In this document: piece after piece, positions 26,062 through 35,293 of the stretch | How positions within the stretch are numbered: position 1 is the stretch's first letter | How the letters are laid out: the number at the start of each line of letters is the position of its first letter | NCBI GenBank assembly: GCA_023299965.1 | Contig: JALZVN010000329.1 | Coordinates: 1 to 37,930, forward strand | Direction: 5' to 3' | Source: Saprospiraceae bacterium | Lineage (GTDB): Bacteria; Bacteroidota; Bacteroidia; Chitinophagales; Saprospiraceae | DNA: 37,930 nucleotides | The notes under the pieces: generated by a model | What the model saw: the letters and a program-made list of their open reading frames with translations, nothing else | Database searches by the model: none | Told to the model about the DNA's origin: nothing | Translations under genes and position numbers: made by a program

Positions 26062-27402
26062 TTACACCTTTAATCCATGCCATCGTTCTGATCGTAAGAA
26101 CCAATATGAGGCAACAAATATAATAATCCAATAATATATTTCTGAAGCCCAGGCCCAACCTAAACCAGCTCCAAATACCTCAATAACAAAATATACGTAG
26201 ATAAGGTAAATCACTACCGAAACAGTCTGGATCATAAGTCCAAATACAGTAGCCCCCGTCGCAGCAAGTCCATTAAAGAACACGGCAGAAACAGAAAATA
26301 GAAGTAATATCACTCCCATTACATAAAAAATTGGTTGCGACTCTACAATGAGGGACATATCTTGCTTACCAAACAATGGATAAAGGATCAACTTTGGAAA
26401 AAGCAGAATTGGTAGCAACAAAACGCATGTCCATACAAGACACATCTTGCTTATCTTCCAAAGTAATGGGATAACCTCCTTTCCTTTGCCTTGCGCTATA
26501 TAATTGCTTATTAAAGTATTAGCCCCCGAAGCAAAACCCCAAGTCGGAATCGACAGAGTCAAATAAACCATCCTTACTAAATTGGTGATGGCTAGTGGTC
26601 TTTCTCCGAGATTTTCTATTATTCCAAAGAAGGCAAACCAAGACCCAAAACCAACCACAGCTTGCGCTACTACAGGCGCGGATATGCGATACTGCGTCTT
26701 TATGGCTTCAAAATCGATGATTTTAGGAATAGAAAAGAGCTTATACTTTCTTATTTTCTTGTCGAAAGCTATGTAGATCAAAAACAAGAAAAAAGTAAAA
26801 GCCTCAGCAATAGTACTTGCTATACCTGCTCCTTGGATACCTAATTCAGGTAGACCAAGATTTCCAAAGATAAATCCATAGTTCAGCACTACATTGACAA
26901 TAGCTAATATAATAGAGTCAATCAGAATAAATTTGGTACGAGCAATACCCGTATATAAAGCGATAATGCTCAAACCTACGTAGCTAAAAAAAACGCCGTA
27001 GGACCGAAATTCTAAATATTCAAGGCTTTTATAGAAGTAAATATCGTTGTCTGTAAAAAGAGAGAATATGTAGTAACTCCCATACTGCATAACGAGAAAC
27101 ATCACTATGGCTAGGAAGAACTCGAAGATTAAGGAGGCTTGAAAAACTTGCCCCACCTTTACTGGGTTATTTTCTCCAGCTCTTCTAGCAATCATAATTT
27201 GACCACCTTTGGAGAAATTATACCCAATAGCAGCAATCATAAGATAAAAAACGCCTACAAGACCGATTGCTCCAAAATCTGCCTCACTTTTATGATATAA
27301 AAATACCCCATCAGTTAGCACGATTATCTGCTGTACGGCACTGCCCAACATTATCGGTCCTGAAAGTGAGAAAATTTCTCTGTATGAGGTTTTTAGCTTC
27401 AT
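26062..27402 (-). CDS. MATE family efflux transporter
   Basis: About 446 aa and 12 predicted TM helices, with an N-terminus MKLKTSYREIFSLSGPIMLGSAVQQI typical of MATE/NorM. The start is moved from 27462 to ATG 27402. Confidence 0.75.
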   Translation of the reverse strand: MKLKTSYREIFSLSGPIMLGSAVQQIIVLTDGVFLYHKSEADFGAIGLVGVFYLMIAAIGYNFSKGGQIMIARRAGENNPVKVGQVFQASLIFEFFLAIVMFLVMQYGSYYIFSLFTDNDIYFYKSLEYLEFRSYGVFFSYVGLSIIALYTGIARTKFILIDSIILAIVNVVLNYGFIFGNLGLPELGIQGAGIASTIAEAFTFFLFLIYIAFDKKIRKYKLFSIPKIIDFEAIKTQYRISAPVVAQAVVGFGSWFAFFGIIENLGERPLAITNLVRMVYLTLSIPTWGFASGANTLISNYIAQGKGKEVIPLLWKISKMCLVWTCVLLLPILLFPKLILYPLFGKQDMSLIVESQPIFYVMGVILLLFSVSAVFFNGLAATGATVFGLMIQTVSVVIYLIYVYFVIEVFGAGLGWAWASEIYYWIIIFVASYWFLRSERWHGLKV

Positions 27403-27655
27403 GAAAGCATCAAAAAAACAACAATTACTATTCTTATCCAAGGCTTTTAGACGAATAAACATATTAATAGGCTCAACTCAATCCGTATTGTATTTTAATG
27501 CCAAATAATCCTTCTTTATGGGTGAATTCCAAACATTTACTATGCAACTTTCATCTTCCGATAAAGCCTTAAAATCAAGTTTACACTAAATTATACAACG
27601 AATCTGCTCCCTCAATGAATAAATCCTTTATGTTTGCAAGGCACAAAATGATCAA

Positions 27656-28207
27656 ATGATACTTTATTTCAAGGCAATACACATATTTGGTTTTGTAGCT
27701 TGGTTTTCAGGCTTGTTCTATCTAGTGAGGATGTTTGTATATCATGTAGAAGCTGGGAGTGAGGATCAACCCAAAAAGCGAATTCTGCAAGATCAATTTA
27801 CCTTAATGCAAAAGCGAGTGTTTAGCATCATTTGCAATACCGCGGCAATACTGACATGGTTCTGTGGATTAAGCATGATCTATCTTTATGGAATGGAATG
27901 GTTCAAGCTGAACACTTGGCTTCATGCTAAGTTGGTGCTTCTGGTAGTACTCACCGGTTATCACTTATATTGTAAAAAAATAATCGATGCTTTGGAGAAA
28001 GGTGATTTTGTTATGTCTGCCTTCAACTTTAGATTATTCAATGAATTGCCTTCTATTCTTTTATTGGCGATAGTGTTGCTAGCAAGCCTAAGAAGCCTAG
28101 GTGAATTTGTGGGTACCCTACCCTACATTCTTGCATTCATGATTAGCATATTTTTTATAGCAAAGTTCTATAAAAAGCTAAGAGAGAAGAAAAAGGGAAA
28201 GGTATAA
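27656..28207 (+). CDS. hemJ: Protoporphyrinogen IX oxidase HemJ (UPF0093/CopD-like)
   Basis: N-terminus YFKAIHIFGFVAWFSGLFYLVRMFVYHVEA is the hallmark HemJ motif. About 180 aa with 4-5 TM helices. Confidence 0.75.
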   Translation: MILYFKAIHIFGFVAWFSGLFYLVRMFVYHVEAGSEDQPKKRILQDQFTLMQKRVFSIICNTAAILTWFCGLSMIYLYGMEWFKLNTWLHAKLVLLVVLTGYHLYCKKIIDALEKGDFVMSAFNFRLFNELPSILLLAIVLLASLRSLGEFVGTLPYILAFMISIFFIAKFYKKLREKKKGKV

Positions 28208-28219
28208 ATCTTTTAAAAA

Positions 28220-28894
28220 CTACTTTCGTCCTCTTATAGTTTTTATCAAATCCAAAGTATCTCTTGTTTTTTTCTCTAGCGTCTCAAAGTCTCTGTTAGC
28301 TAAAATAGTTTTACTTATCAATTTTGACCCCATTCCAACACAAGTAACCCCCGCTTCAAACCAAGCACTAAGGTTCTCTTCCGTTGGCGAAACGCCACCA
28401 GTAGGCATAACAGATGTCCATGGTTGTGGCGCCTTGATAGACTTCACAAAACCTGGTCCATAAGTACTTCCAGGAAACAACTTGACAATGTCTACTCCAT
28501 ACTCTTCAGCAGTTCCTATTTCTGTCAGTGTACCACATCCAGGCATATAAGGTACTTTTCTTCGGTTGCAAACTCTAGCTATATCTTCCTTAAAAGCAGC
28601 TGTGACAATAAAGTTAGCCCCTAATTGCATATATAAAGCAGCAGTTCCTTGATCAGTGATTGACCCTACACCTAACATCATACCTGGCAATTCCTTGAGG
28701 CAGTACTTATTCAATTCCGCAAAAACTTCATAAGCAAAGTCTCCTCGGCTAGTGAATTCGACTACTCTTCCGCCACCATTGTAGCAAGCTCTTAAAACTT
28801 CTTTGCCCAATTCAATATCTGGATTATAGAATAAAGGAACCATTCCTTGTTCGTCTAAAAGACTTAGAACTTGTAACTTTGAAAAATGAGCCAT
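28220..28894 (-). CDS. eda: KHG/KDPG aldolase (4-hydroxy-2-oxoglutarate / 2-dehydro-3-deoxy-phosphogluconate aldolase)
   Basis: Motifs VPLFYNPDIE, VVEFTSRGDFA, GVGSITD, KLFPG and MPTGGVSPTEENL, the pattern of the Bacteroidota-type Eda. Confidence 0.8.
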   Translation of the reverse strand: MAHFSKLQVLSLLDEQGMVPLFYNPDIELGKEVLRACYNGGGRVVEFTSRGDFAYEVFAELNKYCLKELPGMMLGVGSITDQGTAALYMQLGANFIVTAAFKEDIARVCNRRKVPYMPGCGTLTEIGTAEEYGVDIVKLFPGSTYGPGFVKSIKAPQPWTSVMPTGGVSPTEENLSAWFEAGVTCVGMGSKLISKTILANRDFETLEKKTRDTLDLIKTIRGRK

Positions 28895-29137
28895 TGCTAG
28901 GTGTTATTAAAATGAAAAAGTAATTATACTATTTAACGCGCGCAAATATAATTGGTGTTCTGATTTACGCATACATTTTTCACCTTAATTTTAATTTTAT
29001 CTAAGCCTTTTGCTTTCAAGTTTTTAAATTTTGCGATTAAGGTTAAAAAGGCAGTTCTACTGACCCTGTGCTGGTCAAATGTGAACCAATTGTTGTCATT
29101 TTCGATAATTACACACATCAGAGTATATGTGGTAGGC

Positions 29138-29548
29138 ATGGTTACCAAAGAAATCAATAAGAACGTTGAAGAATACTTAGAGGCTATTAAAAGTGAATCT
29201 AAAAAGGAGGATAGTCGAGTACTCATGAAACTCAAGAAAGATGGTTCAGGGTTTTCACTAAGGTATGAGGTGATAACTTTTTGATTGGGTTCGGAAAATA
29301 TAGCTACCAAAGAAGAAAGAAGCATATGAATGGTTTCATCTTGGCTTTGCTGTTCGTAGTATAAAAATAACAATCTATCTTACTTTCGACATTTCAAAAG
29401 AAGAAACACTTTTGCAACCGCTAGGAAAATGCAAATCGGAAAAATGATGCTTATACACCAATAAATTAGCAGACATCAATTTACCTACTTTAAAGAAGCT
29501 AATTGTAAAAAGTAAAAACGTCCAATGGCATAAAGGACACCTCTATTG
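29138..29548 (+). pseudogene. Decayed DUF1801 (YdhG-like) gene with at least two frameshifts and an in-frame stop
   Basis: Frame 1: MVTKEINKNVEEYLEAIKSESKKEDSRVLMKL... Frame 2: ...GDNFLIGFGKYSYQRRKKHMNGFIL... Back in frame 1: ...GFAVRSIKITIYLTFDISKEETLLQPLGKCKSEK*CLYTNKLADINLPTLKKLIVKSKNV. Joined together these reproduce the usual DUF1801 order (VDEYL..., IIGFGSY.Y..., GFSPRKQ.LTIYL, LGK.K.GK.CLYI.KL.D..L..L..LI). Confidence 0.6.
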
Positions 29549-29775
29549 ACGATACTATTGGTTGAACAGAAAATCAAAAATCAGGCATGGAATACGCTAC
29601 CATCTTATCTTAATTATTTTTCATTATTACTTGCTACGTAAAAACTGAGCTATCTATCGATTAGAAGATAAGGTGTATATCTTTTGGAGGAACTAAGATT
29701 GTATTTGATGATCAAGGTCATAGAGATATTGTCATTCTAAACCATAGCTCTATCTCCAATGGTCATCTCGGCACA

Positions 29776-30831
29776 TTAGAATAGTGTACAAACACCACTT
29801 TCGAAACCGGTAGCATTAAAAGTCGTATTGACTGCCCCGTCTCCGTTCGCATCACTTACTTCTAATCTTAAACCATTTTCACCTGAACCATCTCGTTTTG
29901 GTGTGCAATATTCAAACAAGTAAAAACTGTTGGCTTCTGCAAAGATCGCATCAGAAATTTCTTGAAACTTATCAGCAAGTTCATCTGGATTATCTGTGGA
30001 TAATGCACTTTTGGGCCCTAAGGCTTCTAATACTTCATTATCTATTTCAGCTCCTAATCCAATAGTATAAAAATCGATAGTCGCTGATGCTGCTTCTACT
30101 GCATTAAAAGCGTCACTTTTCAGGTGACGAGCTGCTTGATCTGTACCATCTGTAAAGGTGATCACTGAAGCTGCAGATTGGAATCCACTTGCAATATTGT
30201 CGGCAATAACATTTTGAGCTCTTTCAGCACCCTTAAGAATGGCTCCATAAAGATCTGTTGATCTATCCGTGGACAGAGTTGCATCCATCCTTTCAATAGA
30301 ACTCGTCAGTAAATCAATGTCATCTGTGAAGCCAATCAATTCATGTAGCACATCCACTCCATCAAACCAGAAAATTCCAATTTTTGTAGATGAATTTTGA
30401 GTACTTAACAGATTGTTTACAAAAAGCTCTGCAGAAATCTTCAAAGCGTCTAAATCATTGTTTACTACTGATCCACTCAAGTCTAAAAGCAGAATGACGT
30501 TATTTCTGAATATATCATTGTTGTCAGAAATTATTCGATCCGCTTCATCTTCAGAAATCACTTTAAACTCAGAGTCGTTTCTACCTCTTTCAAGAATTGA
30601 AAAATTATCTTCTGTCAAATTTGACACTGGATTACCTAAACCATCAATCACTCTATAAAAAACAGAGACTTTTGAGGGTAGGCTTATAAATTCATTTTGG
30701 ATAATAATTTCATAGTCGCTGATGTCATTATTATTTGTAATGACGGACATTCCGTCATCTTTCTTACAAGACCATACAGAAACTAATAAAAGAAGGGTAA
30801 ATAAGTAGAATGCTTGATTTTTCATATCCAA
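29776..30831 (-). CDS. von Willebrand factor A (VWA) domain lipoprotein
   Basis: Lipobox LLLVSVWSC, MIDAS motif ILLLDLSGSV, and downstream ITFTDGTDQ. An N-terminal Ig-like spacer precedes the VWA domain. Confidence 0.75.
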   Translation of the reverse strand: MDMKNQAFYLFTLLLLVSVWSCKKDDGMSVITNNNDISDYEIIIQNEFISLPSKVSVFYRVIDGLGNPVSNLTEDNFSILERGRNDSEFKVISEDEADRIISDNNDIFRNNVILLLDLSGSVVNNDLDALKISAELFVNNLLSTQNSSTKIGIFWFDGVDVLHELIGFTDDIDLLTSSIERMDATLSTDRSTDLYGAILKGAERAQNVIADNIASGFQSAASVITFTDGTDQAARHLKSDAFNAVEAASATIDFYTIGLGAEIDNEVLEALGPKSALSTDNPDELADKFQEISDAIFAEANSFYLFEYCTPKRDGSGENGLRLEVSDANGDGAVNTTFNATGFESGVCTLF

Positions 30832-30917
30832 AAAGATTTAATATATACGTTCATAAAACGTACCAAGCACAATATAATGTGTAATGGTAATGTTAAAGTT
30901 TTTCTATATTTGATAAT

Positions 30918-31757
30918 ATGTTTAGAGGAACGCTGCCATATGAATTCTATCAGCTACTAGGATATTGGAAAAAGACCATATCCTACACTAAAACCTCTTT
31001 TCAACAATCGGAGAAACTCTCTTTTGGAAAGCACTCTAATCAATATCTTAAGCTGTATAGTCCAAGTACTCCTGATCCAGCTAAGCCACTACTGATATAC
31101 TATCACGGAGGTGGTTGGATTTTCGGAAAACCTGAGGTATTCATCAAAAAAGCATCTCTTTTTACGAGTCTTGGCTATCAAGTGGTGATGCCATGCTATC
31201 GCAAGGTTCCGCGCTTTCATGCAGATGATATCATAGAGGATGCAAAATTGATGTTAAAAAAAGTAATTGAGCTTTCAAATGAGGGCGTAATTCATAACAT
31301 AAAAAAAATTATTTTGGGTGGTGTGAGTGCAGGAGCGAATCTAACGGCTTTAATTTATTTTCGTAAAGAAATCCATGAGTGGGCAGGTATTACACAAGAT
31401 CAATTTATAGCTATGTTTATGTATGCCCCTCCGCTGGACCTAGAAAAGATGAGAAAAACTCCGGTCTTGTATAGATATGCTGGTGCAAGAGATTCGAAAC
31501 GGTTCTATAATACATCTCCAATCAACTTTATCCAAGATAGCCATCCAATACCTATCTTATGCACTCATGGCAAAAAAGATGCATTAGTTCAATTTGCTGC
31601 TTCACAAACATTTCGTAATCAATATAGAAAGTTGTATCCAGATTTATTGTCTTATCATGAACTAGAATCAGGAACTCATCTCGATGCTGCATCTTGGGCG
31701 CATACCGATAATGAAATGCGTAAACAACTCGTTTCTTGGTTAAAAAGTGTTTCGTAA
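30918..31757 (+). CDS. Alpha/beta hydrolase (HSL/Abhydrolase_3-type esterase)
   Basis: Oxyanion-hole motif YYHGGGW, nucleophile elbow GGVSAGANL, and a C-terminal HGKKD...GTHLDA that would supply Asp/His. Confidence 0.8.
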   Translation: MFRGTLPYEFYQLLGYWKKTISYTKTSFQQSEKLSFGKHSNQYLKLYSPSTPDPAKPLLIYYHGGGWIFGKPEVFIKKASLFTSLGYQVVMPCYRKVPRFHADDIIEDAKLMLKKVIELSNEGVIHNIKKIILGGVSAGANLTALIYFRKEIHEWAGITQDQFIAMFMYAPPLDLEKMRKTPVLYRYAGARDSKRFYNTSPINFIQDSHPIPILCTHGKKDALVQFAASQTFRNQYRKLYPDLLSYHELESGTHLDAASWAHTDNEMRKQLVSWLKSVS

Positions 31758-31904
31758 AAATACTCTAGTGTTTCATTCTGGGTAAAATCAAAGGCTACAA
31801 AAATTATACACTCTAAACTAGATTCTTGACGTTACATCTCATCTTAGTCTATATCTAAGAGTCTTGCATTTCATTACTATACAAGGTGAAAGCACTTATA
31901 TGTA

Positions 31905-32094
31905 CCTCCATCGCGGAACCGAAAGGTGGAGCTCGACAAGCGGAGCGCGTTAGAGACTAGGGGGTGAAGTGATATTGCTGTCGATGGCAATCGACAAAAG
32001 CGATACAAACGAAAGACCCGACACCATAGATCAGTAAGAAACGGTAGTGAATGACTGATCTATAGGTGAAGTCCCCAAAATGAAGGGCTATAAA
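31905..32094 (+). repeat. GC-rich hairpin-dense intergenic element, copy D
   Basis: Hairpin TGTCGAT-GGCA-ATCGACA (31979-31996); AAGCGAT (31998-32004); GACCCGAC (32025-32032); CCATAGATCAGTA (32034-32046); 10-bp stem ATAGATCAGT/ACTGATCTAT (32036-32073); terminal CCCCAAAATGAA (32083-32094). Confidence 0.55.
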
Positions 32095-32402
32095 CCGTCA
32101 AAATTTACAATATATAACAAGTTAATTATTAACTAAAATTAACCAAAAGTGTAATTCACCCAGGTCACAATAAAAGCTGCATGATCAGGCTCAAATTTCA
32201 TATATGTCTTAATCTAAACTACGAAAGGCTGAATAGTAGTCAAGTATACTTTATATATATTCATAATATAATAACCGGGATTTAAATCTATATCCAACTG
32301 AAATGTTCATCTAGTCACAATTAAGCAAGTATATCAAAATTCATTTATCTAATTCACTGCATAATTGTAGTGTAGGAAATCCCCTTATTCAAATTTATTG
32401 AG

Positions 32403-35162
32403 ATGAATAGAATTTATACTGTCATATTATTTTCTCTTTTTGTTGGTCAATTTGGCTTACTGTTTGGGCAGGCAGAAATTTGCTTTAATCGAATAGATGA
32501 TGATGGTGATGGTCAAATAGATTGTCAAGACTCAGATTGTGAAACGTTTGTATTCTGCTTTGAATGTGACGAAAGATTTTATCAAGTAATCAACAATAGA
32601 TTTCTTGCCACGCTTGATATCGAAAATCAATTCTATACAGATATATTCAGATTGAATGGAGTGAATGCGATAAATGGTGCTGCGATGAATCCTATAGATG
32701 GTCACGTATATGCATCTGCCATTTCCAATGGAAACCATATTTTAGTATTGGTCGGAAATAATGGCAATCTAGGATCTCTAGAATTAACTCTGCCAGGTGG
32801 TTCAGTGTATTTCATGGCTACAATAGATGATGCCGGTATTTTGTATATGGGAAATCTAGAAGGAAATTTACTACGCATAGATTTAAATCAAGCCAACCTA
32901 GCATGGGAAGACACTGGTATACCCTACCCTGGAGGTACGGACATTGCATTTCACTATGGAGATGAAAATCTATATGCCGTAGGGAATGATAATCGACTTA
33001 TTCAAATCAATCCCAATACTGGTGATGTAGTGTACACTGATCTTATCGGTTCTATAAATAACGACAATGGTTATTACGGTGCAGTTTGGGCAAATAGAGA
33101 TGGGACACTTTTTGTGTCAAATGGAGTTTCTGGAAAGGTATACTATATAGATATAGAAACTAATATCGCGATAGAGGTAATGAACGCTACGGCTAATCTA
33201 AGTTCTAATGACGGATTTAATTGTGGAGATGCATTGCCTCCTTTCGAAACAAACTGCGAAAATGGTATCGATGATGATGGTGATGGTTTAATTGATTGTG
33301 ATGATCCTGACTGTCTAAACTCAAATATTTGTATAGTAGAAATATGCAATAACGGGATTGATGATGATCAAGATGGCTTTGTAGATTGTGCAGATGTTGA
33401 ATGCCAACAAATAACTAGTTGTATTGAAATTTGCGATAATGGTATAGATGACAATGGCGATGGTCTGATTGACAATGAAGATCCACAATGTAATTCTACT
33501 AGAGGAAATGATGGTGGTTTAGAAAGCAACAGTAGACTAGGTGCTGCTATTGCACAAAGAAACTTCGTAAAGAAAAAAGAAGATAATGGGATTGAAGATT
33601 TTACTATTTTTCGGGAGAGAGCAATAGATCCAAATCAAAAGTCTGGTTTTGACATGTCTGTTTTCATACCTTCTGATGCCATCCCAGAGACAACAGCACA
33701 GATTACTTCTCCAGATGATTTAACTCACATCACTAATGCCACTGAAGTCTTTAGTGCTGACTACGTGCATGGAGATAGACGTCTAGCGACTATTTTACTT
33801 CTTAAAACTGAAAATGAAACTTATGAACACTCCAAGTTCATTTGCGACAGACTAGATGGCGCACAGATCAAAGACATTTCAACTTTGTTCTATAATGGCG
33901 AACAATTGATAGTAGCTGAATTGCTGCAAGCTGATGGTAATATAGAGTATGCTGTTTCATTTGCCGCTCATATAAATGAAAGGGGTGCACATATAGAAAA
34001 TCACTGGTTGAAGGAGCATTATACTATTCACTCAGAAATATACAATTTTCAAATCTGGTCAAATAACATGCAAGATTTGATCTATCTAATCGAAGCAACC
34101 TTCAACAGAATAAATCAACATACTGAAATAACATCTATAGAAACAAGTACACCACCTCAGGTATTTATCAGTCATGGTAAAATCGCTAATGGAAAATTGA
34201 ATCTGTATTTAATAAATAAGAATCAAAGTGAAAACATTTCCATTGAAGGTAAGCAGTCTAAAACAGAGCTATCTGAAGCCTTAGATACAAAGCTTGACTT
34301 TAATCTAAACAAGTCTCTCAGAGATATGATTAGTTTAGACATGAGCGATATATATGATATTGGATTTAGAGTCCATACTGAATTTGGAGCAATGGATGAT
34401 CTATTTTTTGCTGATGGTCCATGGGGAACTGAATTTGATGAGAATGAAAATAAAATAATTGAATATATTATAGAGGCATCAGATGACATAAAAAACAATA
34501 GCGTTTATAGTCTAAGCAGAAATGTGTCTTTCGAAGCAGAATTAAGTTCTTCGATTAATGTATTTAGAGGACTGGGGCCAAAGTTTAGAGCTAAAAATCT
34601 AGACAACTACAACAACTTCACCTTCACAGCTAAAGGAAATACTAGAATGAATGTCGTAATGGTGAAAGAAGGAATTACTCTTTGGGAAGATCAACCTAGA
34701 ATAGCTATTCAACTGACAGAAGAAGAAAAAAAGTATACGGTGAAAAAATCCCAATTCAACATTTCAGAATCAGGCTGGAGCGATTTAAAAATGGTTGTTT
34801 TTGAATTCGTAAATAATGAGGAAGGAACAAAAGATGTAGGCGTTGACTTGCGAAATTTAAACTTTAATAATGGTGAAGTGCCTTTGATAGGAAATGATAT
34901 AGAAATAGGTGAACTAATCGTTCAGCCAAATCCATTTAGCACTTCAACTCAATACTTTATCAACTCAGAGATAGATACTAATTATTCAATGAAGCTGACA
35001 GATAGTGCGGGTAGAGTTATAGAATCAAGTGAAGGTAATCTAGTAAAAGGTCTAAATACTTTTACTTTGAACAAAAATAATAATATGACACCTGGTATAT
35101 ATTTTATACAAATGATCTCGGGCAATGGTCAGATATATACTAGCAGAATAATAATGAATTGA
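32403..35162 (+). CDS. Large T9SS-secreted protein: Cys/Asp-rich metal-binding-type repeats flanking a beta-propeller-like region, an unknown central region, and a C-terminal Por secretion tail
   Basis: Signal peptide, then four copies of C-x-N-G-I-D-D-[DN]-x-D-G-x-[IV]-D-x-x-D-x-x-C (aa 27-52 and 285-363). The C-terminus LIVQPNPFSTSTQYF...PGIYFIQMISGNGQIYTSRIIMN matches the type-A T9SS sorting domain. Confidence 0.8.
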   Translation: MNRIYTVILFSLFVGQFGLLFGQAEICFNRIDDDGDGQIDCQDSDCETFVFCFECDERFYQVINNRFLATLDIENQFYTDIFRLNGVNAINGAAMNPIDGHVYASAISNGNHILVLVGNNGNLGSLELTLPGGSVYFMATIDDAGILYMGNLEGNLLRIDLNQANLAWEDTGIPYPGGTDIAFHYGDENLYAVGNDNRLIQINPNTGDVVYTDLIGSINNDNGYYGAVWANRDGTLFVSNGVSGKVYYIDIETNIAIEVMNATANLSSNDGFNCGDALPPFETNCENGIDDDGDGLIDCDDPDCLNSNICIVEICNNGIDDDQDGFVDCADVECQQITSCIEICDNGIDDNGDGLIDNEDPQCNSTRGNDGGLESNSRLGAAIAQRNFVKKKEDNGIEDFTIFRERAIDPNQKSGFDMSVFIPSDAIPETTAQITSPDDLTHITNATEVFSADYVHGDRRLATILLLKTENETYEHSKFICDRLDGAQIKDISTLFYNGEQLIVAELLQADGNIEYAVSFAAHINERGAHIENHWLKEHYTIHSEIYNFQIWSNNMQDLIYLIEATFNRINQHTEITSIETSTPPQVFISHGKIANGKLNLYLINKNQSENISIEGKQSKTELSEALDTKLDFNLNKSLRDMISLDMSDIYDIGFRVHTEFGAMDDLFFADGPWGTEFDENENKIIEYIIEASDDIKNNSVYSLSRNVSFEAELSSSINVFRGLGPKFRAKNLDNYNNFTFTAKGNTRMNVVMVKEGITLWEDQPRIAIQLTEEEKKYTVKKSQFNISESGWSDLKMVVFEFVNNEEGTKDVGVDLRNLNFNNGEVPLIGNDIEIGELIVQPNPFSTSTQYFINSEIDTNYSMKLTDSAGRVIESSEGNLVKGLNTFTLNKNNNMTPGIYFIQMISGNGQIYTSRIIMN

Positions 35163-35205
35163 TATGATATAAATCATGTAAGATATTTTGCAATGGATGA
35201 ATTTA

Positions 35206-35239
35206 AAGAGGAGTGTTTTACTATGTAAAGCCTCCTCTT
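35206..35239 (+). terminator. Weak terminator-like hairpin after the T9SS cargo gene
   Basis: AAGAGGAG (35206-35213)/CTCCTCTT (35232-35239), an 8-bp stem with an 18-nt loop and no clean T-run. Confidence 0.3.
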
Positions 35240-35293
35240 ATCCTCATTTACCTATTCAGATAATTTCGGTGTAGGTGTAAACAAATATAAAGC

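Noticed and set aside
28933-29373. 146-aa minus-strand ORF.
   Set aside because: It is antisense to the DUF1801 pseudogene fragments and has a Ser/Leu-rich low-complexity product. It most likely exists only because the sense gene has decayed.
29698-29784. Plus-strand fragment ...KIVFDDQGHRDIVILNHSSISNGH... resembling the N-terminus of an alpha/beta hydrolase.
   Set aside because: It is only ~28 codons, has no start codon, overlaps the VWA gene stop, and the similarity is to a very loose pattern.
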